NCBI GenBank assembly: GCA_016748015.1
Contig: JAAOMT010000289.1
Span: 135,639-199,638 of the forward strand
Origin: Geosiphon pyriformis uo1
Taxonomy: Eukaryota > Fungi > Glomeromycota
Length of the DNA: 64,000 nt
Reading direction: 5' to 3'
In this document: positions 1-10,000 of the stretch, piece after piece
Position numbering within the stretch: the stretch's first letter is position 1
Layout of the letters: each line of letters opens with the position of its first letter
The notes under the pieces: model-generated
What the model saw: only the letters and a program-made list of their open reading frames with translations
What the model was told of the DNA's origin: nothing
Database searches by the model: none
Translations under genes and position numbers: made by a program

Positions 1-288
1 GATTCCTGTAGAAGAGTTGACTTTCACAGCAAAGTAACTACACATTTTTTAGTGAGCTTCCAGACGAGCAATTCCTGGGAAAGAGTTGACGTTTACTACA
101 ACGTAACTACATAAAGTAACTGGCACGGAATTGGCCATTCCACTTATAAGCCCAGCGGTTCAAATTATAGGAGATAATTTGAAGATAAATTCAGTTACTG
201 GAGGTTCAACCACATCCAGAAAACGTGAATTCACAGCAAACAAGCATCAACAACATTTAAGAAAAGAGACCAAAAACCTCCGGTAACA
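1..288 (+). mobile_element. 3' part of a young LTR (family B) inserted into the pol of the family A element
   Basis: Ends ...CCTCCGGTAACA at 288. Aligns by eye with 35285-35570 and 50285-50532. Retains many CpGs. Gypsy pol sequence resumes at 289. Confidence 0.85.
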
Positions 289-1736
289 ATGGATAAAACA
301 AATATTATTTGTTACAGCCAGAACAATTGGAACAGATAAACATGGAAAATCTAGACATACTTTAACAGATGCAACTAAAGATGTTACTCAATAATTTTAA
401 TGACATCTTCACCAGTGAAAATGAATTTGGCAGAACTGATATTATCCAGCATCAGATCAAGACTGGAGATGCAATGCCAATCAAACAGCAAGCATATAGG
501 GTACCACTAGCCAGCCATGAAATCATTCGTTAAGAGATCAACCGAATGCTTGACAATGGGTTAATTCAGCCATCAATGAGCCCATGGTTGTCACCAGTAG
601 TACTCATTCATAAGAAGAATAGAAAAATCCGATTTTGTGTAGACTACAGGAAACTCAATAGTGTAACTTGTGGAGACAGCTATCCAACTTCACGGATATA
701 AAAACTATTCAACATTTTCAGTGGAAACAAATAGTTCTCAATATTAGACTTGGATAGTAGTTACTGACAAGTAGCCATGGATTCAGCTGACAAAGAAAAA
801 ATGGCATTCACCACAAGAAAGGAAAACTTTGAGTTTGAAATTATGCCATTTGGCTTAACCAATGCTCCAACTACATTCCAATAGCTAATAGAAATTGTGT
901 ATACCAGCTTATTGTGGAAATCAGTAGTTGTATACTTGGATGACACCAATGTGTTCTCAAAAACATTCGATGATCATTTACGTCATCTCCAACAAGTGTT
1001 TGAAAGACTATGACAAGCAGAATTAAAATTGAATGCAACAAAATGTTTTTTTGGCAAAACAGAACTAAAATTCTTGGAACACATAGTTAACAAAGATGTC
1101 ATAAAAACAGATCCAGAGAAAATAGAGATAGTAAAGAACTTTCCAATACCAACCAATGTAACCAAGCTGAAATCATTTTTGGAATTTGCAAGCTATTATA
1201 GATGTTTCATAAAAAACTTTTCAAAGATAGCACAACCATTCAATGATCTTCAAACCAAAAATGCAAAGTATGAATAGACTAAAACTCAGCAAGAAGCATT
1301 TGACATCTTAAAAAGAAAGCTTATTCAAGCCCCAGTATTGATCTATCCAGATCATAGTAAACCATTCATTATCACTATTGATGCATCAGATCAAGCATTG
1401 GGAGCAGTACTATCTCAGAGAGGATTAAATGGAAGAAAACATCCAGTTGTATATGCCAGCTAAGGTTTGACTTCAGCCAAAAAGAACTATAGAACACCAG
1501 AATTAGAACATCTAGTAATCTATTGGGCAGTTATGAAATGGAAAAAATACTTGAGCCAAAAGTTTGAGGTATATACAGATCACAAAAGATTGACATTACT
1601 CCAAAAACAAGAATTTGGAGACAGAAGACAGTCAAGATAGAAAATGGCTCTTTCGACATATACTTATACTATACATTATAAAAAGAGAAAAGACAATGAA
1701 AATGCCAACAGTTTGTTGCAAATAAAACAAATCTAA
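289..1736 (+). pseudogene. pol: Gypsy reverse transcriptase-RNase H with in-frame stops
   Basis: One frame reads SPWLSPVVLIHKKNRKIRFCVDYRKLN, MPFGLTNAPTTFQ, VVVYLDD, then RNH motifs IDASDQALGAVLSQ and YTDHK. Terminal TAA at 1734-1736. Confidence 0.95.
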
Positions 1737-1797
1737 GAACATTTCAACCCAAAAATATAACAAAACCAAAACAATACTCACGAAAATATAACAAAAG

Positions 1798-3180
1798 ATA
1801 AACACACAAAAATATCAACAACTTCAATATTATATAGATACTTAACAGTTCAAGGAGAAATTATTTCAACTGGAACAAAAGAGGATCAAACAACAATCCA
1901 AATATTTTATCACTCACCAAAATATACTTTATTGAAAAAATAAAAAAGATTCAGATCAACCAACCAGAGTAATTACAGAACCAGAAAAGGAGACAATACT
2001 GTTCAATATGCACTCAGATTCAACTACAGGACATTTTCATAAAAAAGCAACCATAGAAAGAACCAGAAAGAGATACTATTGGCCATCAATGTATTCAGAC
2101 ATCATTCAATATGTGCAAAATTGTGATGCTTGTCAAAGAAGAGAAGGAACAAGACCCAGCAAACTATTAAGACCAATCAAAGTGAGACAACCATTTGACC
2201 GCATTGGAATTGATTTAGTTGGACCATTGACAATTACCAGCAGAGGCAACAGATATATTGCAGTAGCCATGGACTATTTTACAAAATGGCCAGAAGCCAA
2301 AGCAATTCAAAGAGTGGATGCAAAATCCATTGCCAAATTTGTCCATCAAGATCTGATTTGTTAACATGGATGTCCAAAAGAACTATTATCAGACCAAAAA
2401 ATCCATTTTGTGAATAGAACATTAGCAGAACTAAGCCAAAGATTCGGAATTAAGAGACCACTATCATCACTATACTATCCACAAACCAATGGATTAGTTG
2501 AAAGATTTAATAGAACATTGTGTGAAGCAATAGCAAAACTCTGCCAAGAAAACCAAGACAAATGGGATTTGTTTATACCATCAGTATTATTTGCTTATCA
2601 GACAATAAAGCAAGACACCACACAAGCAACACCATTTGAATTGATATACAGTAGAATAGCAACATTACCAGTTGAGATAGAAGTTAACACATATCCAATT
2701 AAACCAATAACAGAAGAGAATTTCTAAGAAACATTGTTAAGAAGAACATATGACTTAATGGAAACATTAGAAAACAAATGAAAAAGAGCAGTTGATAACA
2801 TACAAAAGTCATAAGAGAAACAGAAAAAAAGACATGATAATTAACTACCAGACAAACCAGTTGAATTCAAGATTGGAGACAAAGTACTCTTACATCATAC
2901 CAAAGTGGAAAAACAATAAAGTGGAAAATTCGACCCCAAATGGGATAGACCATTTTATATAGAAGAAATTCTAGAAAATGGAGCTTACAAATTAAGACTG
3001 GATAACAAAATCTTAACCAAAACAGCACATGGAGATCAACTGAAACCATACCACAACATCACACCACCATTTACCAGTAATATTCCACAATTAGGAGTAC
3101 AGAAGATACTAGTCCAACCAGAGAAGATTCCATGAGATCTGGAACTAATCATCATCATTGACAACAACACATTAAATTAA
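1798..3180 (+). pseudogene. Gypsy integrase in a separate frame from RT-RNH (HHCC, DDE core, GPY/F tail, no chromodomain)
   Basis: MHSDSTTGHF...CDACQ, IGIDLVGPL, YYPQTNGLVERFNRTL, KWDRPFYI...GAYKL. Covers ORF-track fragments 2008-2364 and 2410-2727. Confidence 0.93.
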
Positions 3181-3234
3181 TCCATCAAAAGAATATATAA
3201 AGACATAGTAGATGCGACAAGAAATATCAGAAAA

Positions 3235-3863
3235 ATGGAAATTACAGACAACATCCACTCACTAGCACAACAACTCTTTCAATTGATTTAACACCAAGAG
3301 ATGGAAATTACAATTAATCAACAAACCATCCAATATCAAGACACTAGAAAGATATCACCACATAGAACACAAAAGAAAACAGAAAATACTATTGACAAAA
3401 TCATTGTGAAAGTAAAATTAGCAATAAAAAAGTTGACAAAAGAGTCACTATACTAAGAGTTGACTAAAGAAACTTGGAATTGGTGGATACAACAATTTCC
3501 AAGAAACTATTGTTATTTTTACTTGGGACAACACGTGAATATCCAAAATTTATATACGGATAAAACAAAGCAATTATTCAACACAAGAATACTACAACAA
3601 TTAAAACATTTTGTGGGAAAAAACAACTTATTCACACAGGTCTGAGCCATATACCAAATACACACAGCATTTCAGAATCAACCAGAAATTTTACTTAACA
3701 AAGCAATGGATATGGTTATTAGTAATCAATTAGAAAAGATCACCAATACTCATTTGAAGAATTACAGACTCAAATAACACAAGTAATTCTCAAAAATGAA
3801 ATTCAGGAAATACTTCAAGAAGGAGAATTAACAGAGTTAGATTTTGATGAAGCTCAATATTAA
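3235..3863 (+). pseudogene. Retroelement ORF3 of unknown function between IN and PPT (about 200 codons, disrupted)
   Basis: ATG at 3235; includes ORF-track 3460-3645; ends EAQY* immediately before the PPT. Homologous peptide at 26661-27321 and 63910-64000. Confidence 0.7.
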
Positions 3864-3876
3864 AAGAAGGAAATAA

Positions 3877-4747
3877 TGTTACTCATAGAAATATAAAGAA
3901 TATATATTAGTATAGTTATTAGCCAATCAGAAGTAAACATAGTAAAATGTGGAATTCCAGGATTTCTCTCAAGAATTGCAGGATTCCAGAAATTACAGGA
4001 TTCTCACAAGAAATTGCAGAATTCCAGAATTCCAGAATTTCTCTCAAAGGAATTGCAGGATTTCAGAAATTCCAGGATTCCTGTTGTGAAGAATTGAGAA
4101 ATTGAGGAATCTCAATTATGTATATATAGCAGTAGGATTAGAAGCTAAAAAGACAGACCTCTCAGTTTAGATTTTATTTAGACAACTTTCCAAACCACAA
4201 ATAAATAACTGTTTGTTATCTCAAACCCACTGCCACTATCAACACTTCATGTTAATAGTAATTGATACTTAACTACACTGGAACAATAGCTCTTGATTAT
4301 GGCTATTAACGGAATACTAACTTGCAAATCACCTTGGCTTATTTCTTTTCTTTCTTTATTTTCTTTTTTTTTCTTTATTTCTTGCATTGATTTTATTGTT
4401 GTTTACTAACTCTATTGAAGATTAATGCATGGGGTACTGATGTCAGGATAAACGTGACTGGTAAAAGACCCAGAAATAAGGGTAGAATACTCGATTAAGG
4501 ATAGCTTACTAGAAGGAATACTGGCCATCAAGCTAAGAAAGAAATTGATGAAACTGCGGTTTCAGGAAGCTACAGATAAAACTATTATTATTGAATCTCT
4601 GTCCATTATACAAAGAACTCAACCAAACCCTTCGGATACAAACTTTTTAGACACAAACCTTCAGATCACTATCAACTGCAACTAGATTTGAGCACCAAGT
4701 TATGGGTGTGTTATCTAATCCAATGTCAGAAATAATCATCTGTAACA
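3877..4747 (+). repeat. LTR family A (3' LTR, 871 bp)
   Basis: TGTTAC...GTAACA termini; preceded by PPT; GAATTCCAGGA-like short tandem repeats at about 3950-4115; TATATATAG box near 4121. Other copies at 29305, 57855, 59879 and 63108. Confidence 0.93.
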
Positions 4748-6571
4748 CCATGATCCAGTTAATGAGTAGAATGTTATTGGTTACATTTAAGAGAATTGGT
4801 GTCTGTGTATTTGAGTGTTCTCCAGATATTAATAATGGTTGTTTCTCTTTGTTATTTAAACCAATAGGTTGTAAGATAGCTGTTTCTTCTATCAGGAAAA
4901 ATGCTGATTCTGCTGGGTTTTGTGCTGGTGGTTGTTCCCAAGTTGATGTGTTTTCTTCTGTTTGACCAGCTGTTGGGGTAAAATTTTCAACCAGTGATCT
5001 GTATTTTTCTAGTGATTTGGTCCAACTTTGTTGATCCCAAGGGTGTGGATTTCCAGGAGTTTGTGATGTTTCCGACTGGGTTTCTGGGGGTAAATTGAAT
5101 ACAATTCTACTTTGAAGTGTCTGATGATATAATAGAGTTGTTGGAGAAAAGAATCTTGGTTTCTTGTTGACCATAGACTTGTCTTGAGCAGTTGTGAGAT
5201 TATTGGATCCATATTTGTATTCTTCTGAATCAGATTCTACTGGTTGTTGTACTTGAAAGAATCATTTTGTTACATAGTGTTTAATGTCTATATTGACTAT
5301 GCATAGAGTTTTAGCAATTGCTCGAGTAGTGGTAATTGTTGAGTACCCTAGTAAGCTTTGATGGATTTGTTCTTCAAGTCTTCTTGTATTAGTTGTGCAG
5401 TCTAATAAGCAGTTGATTTTTGCATTAATATAGTTGCAAAAATCACTTTTTATAATAGTGGTTTCTGCTGGTATTCCTAGATCTTTTCAAAAGCATTGAA
5501 ATAGTGCTCTTCTGTACAAAGAGTAATTTTTTTCTATTGTTCCAATAGTCACCACTTTTGTGTATCTTTGGAGTGCTCTGTTTTTGTGGATTTATAACTT
5601 CACAGGGAGCACCAAATGTTATGGGTTAACTTGGTGGAGTATGGTAGTAACATTTGGTGCTCTAATTTAGTATTCTAAGGTTGTATGTTTTTCATAGAGT
5701 TTTTTGGTTATAAGGCACAGAATTTGTCTTTTATTGATTACAATATTTTCTGTAAATGTGAGCTTTCTTCTCCATGCTAATGAGCATAATTATTAGGGTT
5801 CAGCATTGCTTTGTTGCTCTTTTGGTAAGCTACCAAGATAATGTTAATATCCAAAACTTAGGAAAAGCTTCCTTCTTTTACCAGGCTATCATGAAGTCTA
5901 TTCTAAGACAGTCAATTTTTCTATGTTGCTGCTCCAAACAAAATAAAAAATAAAAAAAATAAAAATAAAAAAAAAATAAAAAATTAGTTTCCATCAATCG
6001 CTGTGATTAAGAGTGATTGGTCTAAATCATTAAGGGTTCAAGACATTTATGTTAATGGCATCTGTTCTAAAACAAAGGTAGAAAATACTGATTTTAATTT
6101 CAATTAAAATCCGTAAGATTGGAGAACATGAATTGGTAAATTGGATTTTGTGTTTTTGATAATTATTGTATTTTGGACTATGGATATATAATAAGTAGAA
6201 TACAAAGTAAAATTGATTTCTAACTAACTGTCTTTTCAACTTTTACAACTACTGGCTTTTATACATTTTTTTGGTTTTACAGGATTGTTTTCAATTGCTT
6301 CACTATTGTTAGCTATTGTTTTGTTATTGTTAGCTATTGTTTGTTATTGCTAGCTATTACTCGTTATTGCTATCTATTACTTGTTATTACTAACTATTGC
6401 TTGTTATTACTATCTATTGCTCGTTATTGCTAGCTATTGCTTATTATTGCTAGCTACTGCTTATTATTGTTTGCATTTGTTCTATGTTATCTCAAGTTGT
6501 ACTACATTTTTTTTGTCACATTTTTTTGTCATATTTTCTCATAGCTTTTTGGTTTTTCTACTTGGGTAACA
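4748..6571 (-). mobile_element. 5' end of a family C Gypsy element (5' LTR 5617-6571, PBS, gag N-terminus), interrupted by the family A element
   Basis: LTR TGTTACCCAAG...CCCATAACA homologous to 18488-19482. gag peptide (ORF 4647-5174, TPGNPHPW...INWIM) matches 19500-20350. Confidence 0.9.
5596..5614 (-). promoter_or_regulatory. Primer-binding site TGGTGCTCCCTGTGAAGTT, probably for tRNA-Ile(UAU)
   Basis: Starts TGG 2 nt after the LTR end. Complement ends GGAGCACCA, like known tRNA-Ile(UAU) 3' ends; tRNA identity is inferred. Decayed copies at 19483, 59861 and about 38085. Confidence 0.7.
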
Positions 6572-7030
6572 GTAGTCTTAAAATTTTTGTAAAAAGCTAA
6601 AGAGTTGTATTTAACAACTTTTTTAATAACTTTTGCCAGTGTCTTTCAATTTTGAATTTCTTCAGTTATTTCATCTTGTATGTTTGCTTTAACCATATTA
6701 TATAGTTGTTTAATATTATGTGAGTAATAATATATGTGATTTAAGATTCTATTATAAGTAGCATCAAAAAAAGTTCTTTTTTTTTACTTAATTAATAATG
6801 AAAATAATGTATTGATAAGTAAAATTACATGTAATTTCTTTAAATTACATATTAATCTAGTTGTATTCATTGGATAAAATTTTTCCACATGCAATACAAA
6901 AAGTTTTGTTTCATATTTCTGATTGTTTTGGATATTTGTATGTTTTTTTGTGATATTAGTTATAATAGCAATAGATAGCCTATTAGTTATTCTTATGTGA
7001 AGCAATACAAGCCATTATAAAAGATAATTT
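6572..7030 (-). mobile_element. Older Gypsy pol fragment (Cys-rich inter-domain region)
   Basis: Minus-strand peptide CIACGKILSNEY...TCNFTYQY...FDATYNRIL matches the 22400-22700 region. Confidence 0.65.
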
Positions 7031-7039
7031 TTCCTAACA

Positions 7040-10000
7040 AACTGAATATTGTAATTTTGATCAATAATTTTAGTGATATTAGAAATAAAAAAAGTACAAT
7101 GGTGTAAAGTTAAAAGTTTTGTTAGTCTATTCAAAAACAAATAGTAGTTTTTTACAATTATTTTTGTCTTATTTAATCTAATATGTTTTGATAGTTTTTG
7201 TTTCTAACATTTTTTTAAATTTGAACTAAAGTGATTTGTTTGTGTAGAAATCTCTTTTAAAATATTTACACATGACAGACATTCATGTATATTGTTTCTA
7301 ATATATTAGTTGTAACTCTTAAATTGACCAATTCAAAGTGGTATTTGTTTTTTCTAACTGATTATTTTCGATTAATGCTTGAAATTATTAAATTAATATT
7401 TGTTTTAAAAAAAAGTATGAATAGAACTGCATTATTGGCTGAAAAAAAAATCAAAGTAAATAACAATCTTAAAAGACAAAAAGTGCATTCAGATTAAACT
7501 GTAGTGATCAAAAAAATTCTTATAGATATGTCAAAAAAAATAATTGTTGTTGTAATATTTAAGTATAATTAAATTGTGTTAATCAAATTACAACTCATTA
7601 AACTATAGCAAAAGGCTGTGATGAAATTTGCCAAATCAAATCAAGCTGATTAGTTGGTATTTAAATAATCAACTTTAATTAATAAAGACTTAATACATAT
7701 AGCCAAAACTATAGAAAATTGTAATATCTGGATGTTAAAAAATTGGTTTAAAGCACTTTTGTTTATTTTGCTAATAGAAACAACTGCTTATAATTTAAGT
7801 GCTTTATTGGAAGAGATTGGTAAAAAAACTTGTATTATTAATTGATTATTCAATACTAATAATAAGATTCAATATACTGTAGTTAGTTTTGAAATAAATA
7901 AGAAACTTAAAACTGCTTTTTATATAGAGCCAATTTTTAGTGGTATGAAACTCTTTTGGACTAGATTAAATTTGGTTTGTTGTAAAAAGTACAGACATTT
8001 TAAATATTTGGCTTTAAAGTATGATATATCAAATACATCTGTTTTGTCTTCTAAAAAAATTTATAAAAGGATTGTTTTAGAAGAAAATTGTCTTTAGTTG
8101 ACTAGACTATATGTTAAGAAAAGTGTTTTTATTTCTTATTTTGTCATATTTAGCAGCAAATTTTGGGCTCAGATAGTTTTATTTGCTGTATTTTTTGATG
8201 ATATTTACTCTAGTTCTGGTTTTGGTTCTTTTTTTTTAATATAACACATGTTAAAAAAAGTTTTCAGATTATTTAAAACAATTCATTTATTAGTGCCTAC
8301 TTGGCACTTTTGGAGCACTCTTTAGAGCTTTTAAAAAATCAAGTGTTTAACATAGTGTAAAGATTAAGCTTTATGGATTTGATATTTCTGATATCTATTT
8401 TTCAATTTTTTTTTCTATTATGTCTGTACTATTAAATTTAAATTTGGATTTGGATATAGTTTTGAATGACTTACTTGTATTATCTGTTTGTTTTTTTTAG
8501 TTATAAATAAAAAAATTCCAAATTTGGGTCTAAGTAGTTTAAAAATTTTGATTACTAAGATAAGTGGTTTGGAATTAAAAATAGTGGCTCTTAAAATTTT
8601 AGTTGATTTGGTATTCATAAGTTTAGATTAATTGTATGCTGGCTTGGATTTTTCTGTAATTGTTTTATCTCAATGACTGATTTAATTTGAAAAATTGTTA
8701 TGTGTAATATTTGTGGTATTAATGTTCTTGCTAAACAAGAAAACATAATTTATTGGCATAAAAAGTCAGATAATATGATCTTTATTATTATGAAAATAAA
8801 GTTAAGATCTAGTATTAAGCCATAAATAATAAATAAGTTTAATGAAATAAGAATTTTTACATCTGATTTAAACAAAAATTTTCTTGGTACTAGAGTGGCA
8901 ATTATTGTAAACAATTTTTTAGCTTGTTATGTCTCAAAGATAAAAAAAATCTCTAATTAAATTATTTTAATACAGTTTTTGTTTAAAGATAAATTATTTG
9001 TTACAATTTTGAGTTTGTATATAAATACTTTTGCTAAAATTAGATTTGGTCAAATATTGGAGATCAACTTTTTTATTGCTAAGACTATTAATTTCAGTAT
9101 TTTTATAGTATTGGGCAGAGATTTTAACAAAAATAGTTCAAAAAAGAGTGTAAGTTTTAAGTTTTATATAGATTTAGGCTTAGTTAACTTATTTAATAAA
9201 TATTTATTAACCAAAATTTCTACTTGGAGTTATTTTAGAGGTGTTAAAAAGATTATTAATTTTATTTTTGTAAACTAAAATCTGGTGTTTGTAATTATTA
9301 GTCATAAAATTGATGTTGTGTCTGAGTTTTTTGATATCAATTACAGAACAGTTTTAGTTACAATTAGCTTAAATAGTTTTTTGAATATTTATTTTAATAA
9401 TAATTATAAGCAGGCTAATAAAGATAAATAGAAGTTCAAAATTAAGGATTCTAAGGTTGGTAAGTAGTTACAGTTTAAAAAGTGCTTATTAGACAAATTC
9501 TTAAGAAAAATGGCTGAATTCAATAGTGCAAAATGTTGTGGCAATTTGAACACTATGTAGAAAATTCTAAAAGAGATAATGATAAGTTTTGCTGATAAGA
9601 TGTTTTTTAAACTTTGGTCTAATAAGTTTGAATGTTTAAAAAATAGACAATTATTTAAGTTTTTTAAGCTAGAATTGTTGATAACCAAAATCATAAAAGA
9701 TTTGAGTTCAAATTAGAATTCAAAAACTAATTGTCTCATCAATATTTAAACTAATATTGACAAAAAAGAGGTCTTCAAATTGCATATTATAATTGATAAT
9801 AGCAAAAGTTTAAAAAAAATTCTATATCATTTGTCAAAGATTAAAAAAAGTATCATAAATCTAAGTATTATGAATTTAAAGTTGCTCAAGATAATTTCAT
9901 CAGAAAGACTATTAATAAATATATAGAAAATTTCTGTTTTAATAAAAAAAAAATAATCAAAAGCATTCTAGATTGGCTATTTCAAAAAGTGGTATTTAAT

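Larger units (their letters stand above)
289..4747 (+). mobile_element. Ty3/Gypsy LTR retrotransposon, family A (RT-RNH, IN, ORF3, PPT, 3' LTR); 5' part lies outside the window
   Basis: Domain order RT-RNH-IN, purine tract at 3862-3876, LTR TGTTAC...GTAACA. Confidence 0.95.

Noticed and set aside
3050-3180. Chromodomain at the integrase C-terminus
   Set aside because: After the GPY/F motif the frame ends in a short tail without chromodomain signature residues.
3235-3863. ORF3 as a retroviral env
   Set aside because: Too short, with no evident signal peptide, furin site or TM anchor; kept as an unknown ORF.
4647-5212. 175-aa ORF and overlapping ORFs as host genes
   Set aside because: It is gag sequence reading through into the inserted LTR A; the overlapping ORFs are shadows.
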